The notes under the pieces are model-generated. The model worked only from the letters and a program-made list of their open reading frames with translations. It searched no databases and had not been told where the DNA came from. From Orbicella franksi (lineage: Eukaryota): a stretch of 64,000 nt of DNA. A program made the translations under genes and the position numbers. Below are positions 35,501-48,851 of this stretch, piece after piece (the stretch's first letter is position 1; each line of letters begins with the position of its first letter). Location of the stretch: NCBI GenBank assembly GCA_964199315.1, contig OZ116704.1:11656001-11720000 (forward strand). Reading direction: 5' to 3'.

Positions 35501-38500
35501 CACTTATAACTAAATTTACTCCTAAAACTATCAATGTGGAAAACAGCTTTTCTATGTAGTTTACACTACTTGTTTCACCTGGTTCATCATTTCTTCAAAT
35601 GCTGTTAGGTAACCAAACATTCCCATGTATGAAGAACCCCCTACCTCAATTAGATAGGCAGAGAAACCCTGTTGTTTTCTGAAAGAAAGAAAAAAGTTCA
35701 TAAAAAAACATACAAAACAATCAGTAGGAAAAGCAGGGGTGGATTTAGCATTTCATGCGTGAAAAACCTTAGCTTTATATACTAATTAAGTTATAATGCC
35801 TACGAGGTGCAAATGTGGTCAAGCCTTCTTCCTAAGAGCAAAGTGTGAATTTTGCTGTTCGAAACTTCATGAATAATTCTTCATTTTTTTTTTTAATTTT
35901 CAATTTTTATAATTATATTACATTCATTTCATTACATTTTAAAAAAAGGACCTTTTACACACATACTGTAAAGTACTTACTTACATTACATACTACTTGA
36001 CTCTACGCCTACATTGTATATTACACTACCATACACTACTACACTACTTAGTAAGTTACTTAATTACTTTACATACTACTTGACTCTACTTTACATCCAC
36101 ATTTTATACTACACTATTACACACTACTACACTACTTATACTTAACACCCGAAAAGGAAATAAATAATAGTAATTCTTCATTTCTCTTTCAACAATTATT
36201 TTTTAAATGAGACTGAATCCAAAAACTAATGCATCTTGCAGTTTCATGGGCTTCATGACTGGATTTAAATCTGGCATGATAGTAATATGCATGTTTATAT
36301 TGTTAAGTAGCTACTTACAAACAAAGAATTTTACAGTAGATATTGTAAAGTATTATTAATAATTAGTAGTGACTTAATAAATTTCAAATTTGTAATTTAA
36401 CCATAAACTAGGGTCACAGACATTGTTCCTCATTCTCTTTGCTGTTAACTTTTCTCAACCTTCTTAGAATACCGAATAGCTTGTCAATTAAGACATTTAT
36501 GTTCTTAGCAAGTTGGAAAAGATGGGCAGCTAAGGAGAAACAAGGAGAAAACACCAGATACCAGTTGACTAACAGCAGCCCAGTTGTTTAAGATACAAAC
36601 TAAAATATCTGTTCAAAAAAAAAAACAATAAAAACAGACAGTGAAATCCAATTTAATTAAATTCATTTTTAAAATCTTCCTCTTGAGAGGAATGCCAGAA
36701 TAATTTTTTTTGAGACCTCTCTGTAACAACCTCCTCCCCACCCCTCCCTTGCTGATCTTAACTATTACTTAAAAGAAACAAAAGAGTGCTAAATAGGAAC
36801 AAGATACATGTACGCATGCTACTTACAACTTTTCTGCCAGCTTTTCCATCATTTGTTTGAGACCTGACTTATACTGAAGTGGTGGAACAACAATAACATG
36901 ACTTCCAACCATTCTATTTAAAAGAAGATTCCCTTTACATCCAATGTCTGTAATCTGCATGAACAAGAACAACAGGAAAACCTTGCTCAGAAATTGTCAA
37001 TTCCAATTAACTCTGTCGCATGGACTTCATTCTGCTGGAGGTCATTGACTGTCCCAAAAATTAAAGCAACTGTACTTGTTCTTTCAGGTTTTTGTAGCAA
37101 AGTACAGAACTTTGCAATCCAAATTCTTCTTAAATGGCAAAGGCAGTACTCAAAATTTCTTGCCTTTTTACCTGCACATCAAGAGACCTATGAGATCTAC
37201 AACAGGCAACAAAGTTCTGAGATATATACATGTACACTGTATAATTATGCTTTTGAATATTTTAGACAAATTTTCCCTCTTTTCCTCAAACAATTGCTTT
37301 TTCTAACCATGCAGACCACAGCACAAATTGCACAACATTGAATTCGGGGCTGGGGTAAACAAGGAATCATCACAAATATGGCCACGGCTATCGAATTAAT
37401 TAATCAATATCAAAGCTACCTGACTGCGAAATACAGGCTTTGTTTGCAGTTAGAAGTTTATTTCAGACATGCCTGTTGGCGATTGCGTAGGAACAAGTAA
37501 CAATTCAATCCAAGTTGTCTGGCAGCAACTGCAGTGCTCCTACAATGATTGGACTGAATCCCACCACATGTCAAAATTGTGTCACACTTCTTGTCTACAG
37601 CATCAGCCAATAGAAACTCCAACTTGCGGACCTAAACCAAGTTAAGAATTACTGGTAGTTGGTATTTAATTTAACAAGAGATCTGAATAAAAATTATTTC
37701 CTTCATGAAGGAATTAAAGGATATTGTAGTTTACTTTTTTCTCAAGCATCTAAGTGGGCCGGAATCCTAAATCCTTGAATTTGATTGGCTAATCACAAGC
37801 TTGTGATCAGTCCAGCTTTTTGCAATACAGCCCACAGGCCGGATTTTTTGCCCGCTGTAACGATTACGGCTCCTAAATTTCACTCCTAAAAGTTAGCAGT
37901 AATCGTCAATCTTTTCCTTTGTTTACACCTCCATAGACGATTTGTCCATTTTAGTTTTAATATCTCTGTTCACTTCAAAATGCCAAGGAAAGTCACTGTA
38001 AGTAAATTCAATTGTCAGTGAGTGTTTTGAAGTTGTGAGAGTTTGCTTGGTTGTTTGTAGCTTGGCGCTGTAATGGCACGTAATCCTGTATTTCTCTCAC
38101 CATAAAACCTGCGTCAGTTTCAGCCAAGTTTACCTGTCTGATCGTTGCTGTATTTAGATTCTGTGGAATACACTTGACAAATTTCCTCCCTTTCTGCTAT
38201 TCAATTTAGGGTAGAAAGGTCTGATTTCAAGTGATTTTAAAAGCAATGACTTACAAAAATTGTTTTTCTAGTAAAACTTCAAACTTCGCATGAAATTTCA
38301 CACCAGAAAAACAATTTTGGAGAACTGAACTGGTAAAATAAATGCAACTAACATAAAGTAGTTTGAAAAATATCTGTTCTCTACAACATCTTTCTTTGTC
38401 TAGTATCTGAGTAACTCACTCATTGCGGAGATTTTTTACAAATCATTGGTAGACAGTGCAGAATCTGATTCAATGAACAAAGTTGCATAAACAAACCCAT

Positions 38501-39981
38501 TTGTAATCTGTAAAACAAATTTACTACAGGAAAAAAAATATATACACATGGTATTTGCCGGCTTAGGGTCAGTTTGTATCATGAGAAACTGTGACCTCAG
38601 GCTTCCATTTTCAAGACCTTGGTCACAGTTTTTCACTGTGCAAACCAACCCTATGCCGGCAAATAACATATATGTCATCTGAGCTAATGTTGTTAGTAAT
38701 AAATTAATCACAGTCGTGCAGTAAAGAGGATAAAAAAAATATACACTCAGTTCTTTACTGGTACTTAGTTCTTTTTCTTTAGGAATAAATTTGGGTTTCA
38801 TTTAATGTATGTAAAATAAATATGAATGTGTCACTAGCCTGTGATTTTCAAAACATCAAAAATCCGGGGCAAACTTTCAGTATATGACTGGGAAAAGGAA
38901 ATCAGTGGTCCTTCCCATATCCACAAGTTAACGACAGTTTCTCACTTGGCTATTTACACCTATTTAAACTTTAACACAATGCACCTAGGTGTGGGATGTT
39001 AAGGGTGCTGTCAAAAAATGACCACTACTGGAATTGATTAATGTATTTCACATTGACATGCAATCTTGACAAGGAACTAAAAAAAAAATCCTGAGTAAAC
39101 TTTGTACCTTATTTCCAGACAGAGTGCTCCCTGTCAAGTCGTCCCTTTTGATAAACAATGAAAACTCCTTTGGAAGATTTGGAATGTTCCATGGATGGAT
39201 TGGAGTGTTGCGCTGTGCAAGCTACAAAACAGCAATACCTAGAGTTAGATCAAAATAGCTATCGTCAGTTAGAGCTGTTGTTACATGTAGATTACAGTTT
39301 TTTTTAGAGTTTCATTAAGCATTAAAAAAGGCAGAATGCTTGACTAAAGTGAGATGAAACACCGATAAATTGAGGCGCCAGCATTAGTCACAGCAGTTAC
39401 TCTCTAAGCTTGTTCAGACCATCATTGAACTTGAGAAGATGTGCACAGTAAAACAGGAACCAAAATTCTTGGGTTCCTCTCCGGAGTGTCACTCATTTGG
39501 TCATCACTGACCCAAAATGTGTCAGCTCAAGAGACAAGATTGCTTTATTTTCAGGAGAGAAATGCATGCCAGCATTCTGAACATGTGCATGTAGTTATCT
39601 TGGACTCTCTTCTCCTGCCTGGGTTCAACCCCTGCATAGAATGTCAGGGAAGGGAAGGAAACAGAGGGATTAAGTACATATGCCCTGATTAACACCTGTG
39701 AATCATGACCACTCCTTGTCACATCCCACATGGAAAATCTCAGTGCTATACAATATGGCTAATACAGTGGGGAAGACCAACTCACTTACCCACCTTTCTA
39801 CCACAGGATGTCCAATCGATGAAATTGATAGTCAATGACAAACAACACCAATCAATACCAAGCTCACTTCTAACACTATACCAAGAGCATTTTAATACCT
39901 AACCTTCACAAAGTGCTGTGGAATATTTTTGAGCGAAGAAGCCCATTTTGGAGGCTCGTATTGGTGGAGTTGTGTGAGCAT
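29547..39981 (-). CDS. PLP-dependent D-cysteine desulfhydrase / ACC-deaminase-family enzyme, 9 exons, about 364 aa
   Basis: Exons (minus): 39981-39904, 39221-39108, 37631-37473, 36954-36827, 35678-35579, 34017-33917, 31731-31571, 30939-30799, 29659-29547; total 1095 nt, open. Motifs: TPIHPW, IKRDD.TG..LSGNK(PLP lysine)[44 protein letters not shown]. An in-frame upstream ATG at 40011 could add MNRKVFRGIN. Confidence 0.9.
30186..30767. mobile_element. MITE (Kolobok-like right end) in the last intron of the desulfhydrase gene
   Basis: TIR agaaggtcactccaaaa / ttttggagtgaccttct; right end ...ctcctttaa. Internal inverted repeat at about 30308-30344 and 30558-30595. Confidence 0.65.
31825..32540. 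repeat. Degenerate 7-mer (CTAGTGT/CCAGTGT) minisatellite
   Basis: Recurrent tagtgtc/cagtgtc units. Confidence 0.6.
32543..33873. mobile_element. Non-autonomous DNA transposon with 9-bp TSD (Mutator/MULE-like)
   Basis: TSD tgtctcctg at 32534-32542 and 33874-33882. TIR TAGCCTGTTCCAGGCTCTC / GAGAGCCTGCAACAGGCTA, plus subterminal inverted ggaggactaaggcgag / ctcgccttagtcctcc. Confidence 0.8.
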
Positions 39982-40233
39982 GTTTATGCCTCGAAAAACC
40001 TTCCTATTCATTTTCTGAGAAATTATCCAGTACCAACTGAAGCTTGTTCTTCATGATTTTTTCATATTTTGCAGAAGGACGCCGGATGATGAGTTCGTTG
40101 TGAGTTCCTTTCTGTCTTCCTTTCTTTCTTTTGGCCTTGGCAGACGCCATTGACAAGGTCAGCGGTTTTCCTATGCAAAGTAACTTATATGTAAGACAAC
40201 ATGAAAATTCTGCGGGGAAGAATGAGCGGCGTA

Positions 40234-40668
40234 CCACAGGCTCCCCAAGCTCAAAATACGTGATGTATGCGACAGCTTGGGTATATAGCTAATTATATGG
40301 GAAAATCACCGATCGTAAAAAAAATTGTGTAAATAACTATCTCATTTGAAATAATGTTTTCCTACCTCAAATGTGTCGCGTATTTGTCTCTTGTGTCTCT
40401 TGTGCTGACGCCGTTTAGTGAAGTTATTCGAAAGCGTTGTTTCTAGAAGGAGAGACAACGGTTTCGAATAACTCCACTGAACGGCGTCAGAATGGTTTAA
40501 AATCGGTACAAGAGACAGGCACGCGACACAATTGAGGTAGCAAAACTTTATTTCAAATGAGATAGTTATTTACACAATTCCATTTACGATCGGTGATTTT
40601 CCCATACAATTTTCTATATACATAGGTTGTCGCATACACCACGTAGTTTGATCTTGGGAAACCTGTGG
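40234..40668. mobile_element. Palindromic (hairpin) MITE of about 435 bp just upstream of the desulfhydrase start
   Basis: The left half is the reverse complement of the right half around a tiny loop near 40445; termini ccacaggctccccaagc / cttgggaaacctgtgg. Confidence 0.8.
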
Positions 40669-43600
40669 GCTCACGAGCAACGAAGAGTAAGACCAGTAAG
40701 TTTATTGCTGTTGCTCCTGGATAAAATGATACAACTGTAATCGCACATGATATCCCCTAGCAACCAAACCCTTAATTTCAATGCCCCTTTTTCACAAGAT
40801 CTCACAAGCTTCACGCAGAAAAAGTAATTTTGACAAAATGTTGTTTAGAAAACCATTCGAGAAATTGACTTACTGGAAAACAAAAGTGTATGACTATGTT
40901 AAAAAGCTTATTCGGTAAAAAGAAAAAGAAAAAAAGCCTTCAATGAGTAATTTTTTCTTTTAAATAGCCGCCAGTACTAGAAAAGGTGTATGAAGTAAAA
41001 CATAAACTGGTAGTCGTATTAGGTCCCATACTCCTGCCGTCAGTCGTAATCTTCAGCTCTCCAAACACCATGCAGAAAAATTCCCCGACAGCCTACAGCA
41101 GATGCAGACAGCTGTTTCTGCCTTCTTACAACAGCTTGTACTCAGCCATGTTTCATTCTTGTCCCCAGTGTTACTCGTTTTAAAATGAAATGGAGGCTCT
41201 GGGGACGAGAATGGGCATGTTCCAAAGAGCGCAGAGGAGTTGGGATGAATAGGACATGCGCAATGACAGGTCTGCAGCTCGACATATCACGTTCTCTCTC
41301 GTGTTCTTCTTCTCCGTTTATATTACAGATTACAATCATTGACTTTGTTTCCCCCATTCCCCTTTGATCTTCACAACTTCTTCTACAATAGCGAACAATT
41401 ATTTTATGTAAAATTATATGTCAAAGAGGGATCTATTTTTCTCTCTGCAGGTGTCAAATCTTCTTTCACTGATCGACGTAACCGGCTACAGTAACATCCG
41501 ATCTAAAGACACATTGCAAAGGGGGTACGTCTCAATGGAGTTAACCAGCAACCGTCAAACGGCCTAAAAATTAACCGCCAATCGTCGAATAAGCTAATAA
41601 GGAAAAAAATACCATCAGCCGTCTTACAACCGAAAATTTAGCCGTCAACCGTCGAAACCCTATATTTTGTTTTTTAACGCTGTCAACCGTACCCGCGGTG
41701 TACGCGTCGAAAGGTTGCCCCCCATTAAGATCCTTTGTAAAGGCCATCAAATATACTTGATAACTTTTCAGTTTTCTCTTACATTTTGAGTAGCATGTAA
41801 ACAAGATGATCGTTTATCGAAGTACTGTTTGGAAAACAAGACACAAACAAGAAATTTCGTACTGGATCATTTCAAACTAAGTTTTCGCGTTTATGTGACG
41901 GTCTACATACAGTACTTTGTATATGGCGTGTGAAAGGCGACCGCTTTTAGCTTATCCCTCCTCTTTTATTCTTAAGAATCGCCAACAAAAGAAAGAAAAA
42001 CAGAGAGCAAAAACCTGGTTTCATTCCGAAGTCAATTAACCAGTGTTGAGTATAATCAATCTTATCCTTGAAAGTATTTCAATAACAACCCGTTTGTTGT
42101 TATCATTAATTTTGCATCAGTAAACAACCCCCCAGATGGAATATATTGCGCTTCGTCATATCACAATGGTTAACTTTTCAAAACAACATAATTTGAGTGA
42201 AGCTGTTAATTGCGACTTTATTGTGTTGCCTTTCGTATTTTTATCCTGCTAACGTAAGCATGACGCAATTAGATTTTTCTGTTTTGTATTTACTCATGGA
42301 TAAACTAATTTTTGATTGAGTTATTATCTCGAGGCCATTTCACAATTTGGTGTGAGACGATTTGATCTGAAAAAGAATAACCGTTCTGTTTCAATTCGGA
42401 TCGAGTTCTTTCTCAAATGAATATGCATAAGTAGTACTTTAGACTGGGTCTCAAAACACCAAACTCTCATAAGCTATATATTTTTTTGACTTACGTAAGA
42501 GTCAGCGCCAAACGGTGAGAGCCAAAAGAAAATCAAACAGTGTATGTTTCCAAGGTTTTGAACTCAATTCTCCCTTTAGAGCTGGGCATCGCGGCACGTT
42601 AACAGACCGAGGTTCAGACGGTATTCATAAGAGCTCGTTGCGACATGAGGAAACTTTCAGTAGCAAGCATTCCAACTCTTTTTGATCTTGGACTGTATTC
42701 GAAAGACGACTCAGAAAGCACTGTTGTCTGTAAGGGCCAAACGGCTAAGCTTCACTCAAGAAATGGAGGGTTACAGGATGAAAAACAGGTCAGTGTGTCA
42801 TGGAAAACGAATTTATTTATGTAACTGTAAATTCCATGAACAGATAATTAGATCTGCGATCGTACGCAAAGTAGTTTCAGCTCGTTCTGGCTTAAGTTCA
42901 CCGAAGTCACGAAAACCGAAGCAAGCGTCGATGATCTCTGACACACTAACCCAGTTGTTGTTGACTGAAGAAGGAAATAAAAATTTCATATAGTTATTAT
43001 AAACATTCTGAGCTATGCGTATTCTGAAGGCAACCTATTGGAAGGTCTATAACATAACTCCTCAATGATTCTAGATCTTTTGAATGTAAGTCAAGTTACC
43101 GAGTCATTCAAAACTTTCTACTAGCGGCTTGACTGCGGTTTTATGTTGTTAGCACTAAGATTTAATTATGATCCATCAAGTTTACGGACCCTTCAAATGA
43201 CATACTAGCTTTACTACCTCAAAAGCTGATTTTATTACTACAATAATAATTACAATGAGAAAAGCAAACTGAGGATTTAGCTTTGGAAGTAAAATAACCG
43301 ACAAAAACTGCATCAGTTTAGTCTTTGCGCTTGCATTTTTTCCTTGCGTACCATGGCACTTTGCTTTGTTGCCTTTGAAATCTTCTAAATGCGGGTTAGT
43401 GTGAAAAGAAGTTGCTTTCTATATAGCTCTGCGGTTTTCAGCCCTTCAAATTCACTCATCAATCAATAGCGTATTGCTTCGTGTTTTGTCGCTTAAGTGA
43501 ACAATAGAGCGAACGATTTTGTCGAGTTATTGTGTCCTTGTGCACAAAAATACTGCTTACTGTATTGCCCAATGAAAAATTAAAGGAATCAATTTGAACT

Positions 43601-44406
43601 GTTGTCCCTTAATTTTGGGGTAATCTCTTTAATATCTTAATCGGCTCAAATCATAGGGGAAATAAATAGAATTACCTCCCGTAGCTCTAATAGGTTTCGC
43701 TTGCCATGACAATTTAAGTTGCTTGGTTACAGATGAGCACACATCAAATATTTGACAAGTACTAATCTGACCATGCAAGCGTGAAACTCTGACACGATTT
43801 TATTCGGTTTTCGTTAGCTTGGAAGCACATCTGAGAATTATTGAAAATTGAAATGATCTATAGTCCGGAACCCAACGACTGGAAAACACAGACAAACAAA
43901 AAAATCCCCAAAATGGCTCAACTTGACAATTTGCGTTCTATGATCTGTAATCTATAATCTATAATAAGATCTTTTGTTTTTTTTTTTTTCCCGGCACGGC
44001 TACTTCAACACGTGGTCTGTTTTTAGAACAAAATACGATACTGAAGGGAATTAACAAGGATTAGGTCTTTTCGGATCACTGCAAAGAGCGAAACAGAAAT
44101 TTCTCGAGGCAGTTTCATTCTCATTCGAAAACCAGAAGGATACAGCATTGAAAAAAATATAGCTTAAGAATAGCTTAAGAACGACTTGATTTCAGGCTCA
44201 AACAGCGAACAAAAAAAGGGTCGACACTAAGAATGTCTGCCTTTGACCGAAAATTAGATGTTGTTAGAAGAGAAGAGTGTATCATGATAGGGAAGGAAGT
44301 TTTTGGAAAACACCCATAGAAGAATCGCGTTAAATTTTATTTTTAGTTAGTCAAATAAGAAATATATTTTCATATGTAGGGGACCAGACTGCGGAAAGAA
44401 TCACTT

Positions 44407-45784
44407 ATGCCTCCCATACCATCAGCGAGAAGCTCGCCTTTCTTTAGAAAAGCATCAACTCCTCGACGGCAGGATGGCCAGCGCCCTAACACACCAGTGG
44501 ATCAAGAAGGTGATCAAAGCAACGCAGATAATGGAATCATGGTGGTGGGAGAAACTGGTTATTTACCGCTGAAGTCTAGGAAGAAAAGTTCAGCAGAGAA
44601 ATTAAGTGACACTGCATTTCAGCTTTATACCCTTGAAGACTCTAACAAACTTCCTAGAATCTTAAAACCCCCAAAAAAAGTTTCCAAGGGTTCAAAACGA
44701 AAGAAGATTGCCGCCACGAATGATCAAAACAATAATTCAATTGAAGAAAGTCAAGAAGACAATATGGAACCCAGGTTGAAAGCAATTGAGGTGGAAAAAC
44801 CAGGGACCTCAGAAGACGAAGGGGAATTGCACAACAAATACGGTTTGGACTTGAAGAAAGATTTCAGTAAGTTTATCAGCTAGCTAACTGGCCATGACTG
44901 ACCAATACCATAGTAATAACATTAATTTTACGAATAAAAAAACCTGTCAAACTCCAAACAAATTAATGCAGCCAATGTAACGAGCAGAGCAGAGTAGACT
45001 CGAGTAAGAGTGGATTTGAGTCGAATCAAGTAGAGTCAAGCTGTGTCGCGTTGAGTAGGGTAGAGTAGAGTAGAGTAGAGTAGAGTAGAGTAGAGTAGAG
45101 TAGAGTAGGTTANNNNNNNNNNNNNNNNNNNNNNNNNNNNNNNNNNNNNNNNNNNNNNNNNNNNNNNNNNNNNNNNNNNNNNNNNNNNNNNNNNNNNNNN
45201 NNNNNNNNNNNNNNNNNNNNNNNNNNNNNNNNNNNNNNNNNNNNNNNNNNNNNNNNNNNNNNNNNNNNNNNNNNNNNNNNNNNNNTAGAGTAGAGTGGAG
45301 TAGGGTAGTGTAAAATAGAGTAGAGTAGGCTAGAGTAGGGCATGAGGAGGATAGGTTAGGGCAGGGTAGGGTAGGGTAGGGTAGGGTAGGGTAGGGTAGG
45401 GTAGGGTAGGGTAGGGTAGAGTAGAGTAGAGCGGAGTAGAGCAGAGCAGGGTAGAGCAGGGCAGGGCAGGGCAGTGCAGAGCAGAGCAGAGCAGAGCAGA
45501 GCAGAGCAGAACAGAGCAGAGCAGAGCCAAGCAGAGCAGAATAGAGCAGGGTAGAGCAGATCAGAGGAGAGCGGTGGACAGCTGTAGAGTGGAGTGGAGT
45601 GTACTGCTATTTAATTTTTCTTTTTTCATTTCCTTTATTTTCAGATATAGAAGTGACTAGACCATATACCTTCTCATATTTTCCTGAAATTATCAAGAAA
45701 AAGAAAAAAGTCGGGAACAGCGAGGCAGAGAAGAAAAAGACACGGAAAATTTCCAAGGTGGAGATCAAAACTTCACTGAGTTAA
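44407..45784 (+). CDS. Two-exon orphan protein, about 199 aa, basic and likely disordered
   Basis: Exon 44407-44866 (donor A|gtaagt, phase 1) and exon 45645-45784 (acceptor ttttcag) join in frame to 600 nt. C-terminal IEVTRPYTFSYFPEIIKKKKK motif. An upstream acceptor at 44378-79 suggests a 5' UTR exon. Confidence 0.65.
44985..45600. repeat. Compound pentamer microsatellite (AGAGT)n/(AGGGT)n/(AGAGC)n containing an assembly gap (45113-45285)
   Basis: Read directly from the sequence. Confidence 0.95.
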
Positions 45785-47239
45785 AATTGCACAAAGAACT
45801 GTACGACCCTCCTCACAAGAAACAGTGGCGTCGTTTGGTTCTTTCAGTATCCATATTGTTCGTATATTGTTCGTATATTGTTCGTCATCTGCCGCAGCGT
45901 ACTTTCTCTACTCCAGTGGCGACGTATTGGGTGACGAAATGGCTGGTGAGGTCAGTTAATTTATGGATACCGATAAGCACGGTCTATAGAGACAGAGAAC
46001 AAGAAATCAACCATATGATGTTACATCGCAACTGTTGTATTTTCAATTTTCATACCTAATGTATTTTTCAGATGCATATCAGTAATTAGCCTGCGATCAG
46101 AGTTTAAATTTGGTCAAGCAGTGGTTTAAGATCATGGCAAGAACAAAGGAGACTGATATGCATTCGAAGCGTACCAGAAAGGAACAATTAAAGTATTTAC
46201 CGGGGGTATTTTACTCGACCTAGGCTTCTGCAGGTCTGTAACTCAGTCGATCAGGCAGGATATCAGGATAATAGAAAGGCTTCTGATTGGCTCCTTGCGA
46301 ATTTGGGAACAATTTCCATAAAAATAATTAAATGCCAAAGAAGTCTCACTCCTTGAGAATGTTCAGAGGAAGCGATGTTTTAGTATTAGAAGTTGAAGAA
46401 GTAAATCGATCAACTCAATAAAAAGAACAAGGAATTTAGCTTTTTTTCTTTCGTTGGGGCAATCTTGTTCCAGAGCCCTCGTTACCCTTGTCCAGCGCTA
46501 ACGGGGGCTCTGGGAAGGAGATTTTTGTGGCAATCGCATCACTATATCGTCTCTACACTTGGCTCAGTCTCCACCCACCCTGAAAACTGGGTTGAACTAT
46601 AGAAGTAAGAAGTCTACTCCTTGCATTGAAGAAATTTTCTCCACAATCTACTTACCCACCCTCCCTTGATTGTCAACCATAGCTGTCACACAGCCGACCA
46701 CAGGAAAGACCAACAAACCTACAATTTTTTAAAAATGTTGGTGAACAGTTGTCAATATTTTCTCCCCTCAATTTCTCATATTTTTGAGTAGGCTCATATG
46801 AAAAAAAAAAAAAAAAAAAAAAAATGGAAAAAAATATGATATAAAGAAACCAAGGCTATGCAGGTACGAAAATAAATTGAAAATAGCTCTTGCCCGACCT
46901 TTAACCTGTATCGTTTCCTCGGGGACGCGTAATCATTAATGGAGACTTAAATACGCGTTGATAAAGTTTAATTAAGACCTTTTACTTTGGGGGATTCGGC
47001 TTCAAGCTAAATTGAAGAAGTCTCTGAAAAAGCTCTGGGCAATTATGCTCTGATTTTGCCATAATTTTGAGTATTTTAAATATATTTCCGTAGCATCGTA
47101 GCACACTCCCGTTTAACTTGTTCTAGTAACTGGCGTACATGTACAGTCCTGGGCCATATTTTGTTTCTGTTTTATAATTTTTTGGTGAAGCTTCCTGTTT
47201 ATATTGTTTGTTCTTCAGTTTTATCGCAAACTACAGAAA

Positions 47240-47338
47240 ACCTAGGCAGTGAAAAACATTTTTGTGCAAGAAAAATTAATACTTCGGTTAGCTTTTAATC
47301 CTGGGTTAGCGTTAACCGGCTTTTGAACAACCCGGTCC
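47240..47338 (-). mobile_element. Partial copy of the GGCCGG-terminal MITE seen at 57597-57837
   Basis: Reverse complement matches ccgggttgttcaaaagccggttaacgctaacccaggattaaaag...aatgtttttcactgc. Confidence 0.7.
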
Positions 47339-47344
47339 AGGGGA

Positions 47345-47580
47345 TTGGCAGGAACAGAGATCGCACAGTGGTGAGAGCGCCTTGGCTTCCACAAATGTGG
47401 CTCGGCTCCGTGCGTTTTTCCCCGGATACTCCAGTTTTCCTCCGTTCTGGAAAGCTGCAACATTTCCAAATTAAAATTCGACCTGAAATAGAGGACCTGT
47501 CGGAAAACCAGCCGAGGTTGATCGATGTTACGGCTTTCTCTCGAGTTCATAATTATGTGATTTATTGTGATTAGGAAAAA
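47345..47580 (+). mobile_element. Degenerate tRNA-derived SINE
   Basis: A-box-like cgcacagtggtgagagc followed by a ccggatactccagttttcctcc core resembling V-SINE-type cores; B box deleted. Confidence 0.4.
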
Positions 47581-48851
47581 CGATTAAACTGGTCTTGGTC
47601 CACATTTTTTCAGCATCGATCGAAAGTAAAATTAGCTGGTTTACTATCCAACAGTTTAGTACTTAGATAACTCAACTCTCATGACTTTCCACTGGGAACT
47701 GTAGCCCATAGCAACAGCAACAAGAGCAATTAACATCTTTAATTTATTTTTCTCAATACAGAAACAAATATCATTACATATCCATTACATTTATAGTACA
47801 TTGTATTTTTACAATATATATAGTATATGTCAAATAAAGTAGCTTTTATAATCTTGTTTGAATGAGACTAGAGGCTAAATGAACCGTTAGGTTTTTGAGT
47901 TACTGCTTCCAGTCCAGTTATGTCTAATTGTAGGACAGGATGAGATGAAGGAAGAATTTGCAGTTTACAGTTTATTTTTACTGGAGAACAAAGAACAAAA
48001 ATTAACTGACTAATATAACAGCTCAAAATCTGACAATAGTCTCTCGGCTCATTTCAAGGGAACGTCCCCAGATCAGAATACAGGTTCCTCAGTTACACCG
48101 ACTTGAAACCAAATATCTGCAAAATTGAATTTCTCCATTTAAATTTTTGGATATTTTCAGTTTAGGTTGTCATGAAAGTTCCAATTTAATTGTGTGACAG
48201 TTTATCCTATTTTTAAGTTGCGTGATTCAGGGAATCTAGGAATAATAGAAATCGGAAGCACGTGCCTGACAGTCTCAATTAGTTCAGTCGATGATTACCA
48301 GTTAATTAGCACCAGATTGTAAACGCGTTCCATCTTATCAACAAAACATGTAAGCTTGCGTGTCAGGTAATATTCCGTAATCAAAGAAACAGTTTAGAAA
48401 AGGTTGTAAGCCAATCAAATTAGGTTTCGCCAAGTTTTAAGGAGTGCCGTGTGTTGAGTCTTTTTAGCACAAGTACACAGTCAGAGCGAGAGAGGAAAGC
48501 GAACCATGTGATCTTAAAATAAACTTGCGAAGTTTCCGAAGAACGGCCTGTTGAGTCTTGGCATTCGCAACATAGGTGATCAAGCTGTGTTTTTCAAGAG
48601 ATAACACGTTTGACGGAACTTAGAGCTTTCGAACATGCCTTATATCGACCCAGGAAAATTAGTTCAAGACATACAGTCTAATTTTCAAATTGTCAGTGAC
48701 TGTAAACATCTGTACGTAAGTGTTTTAACCTTGGTCACAGGCTAGGCGTGGCATCAGAAAGCGCGCCAATTTTTTTCTCACGTGGACTGGAAATAGTAAC
48801 GTGCATGAGAAGCGGAGGTCTGGATACTGGCATAAATTATTGTCAATCAAA

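Noticed and set aside
42530-42720. Possible THAP/transposase remnant (IPTLFD)
   Set aside because: A single short motif without the C2CH signature is not enough to call.
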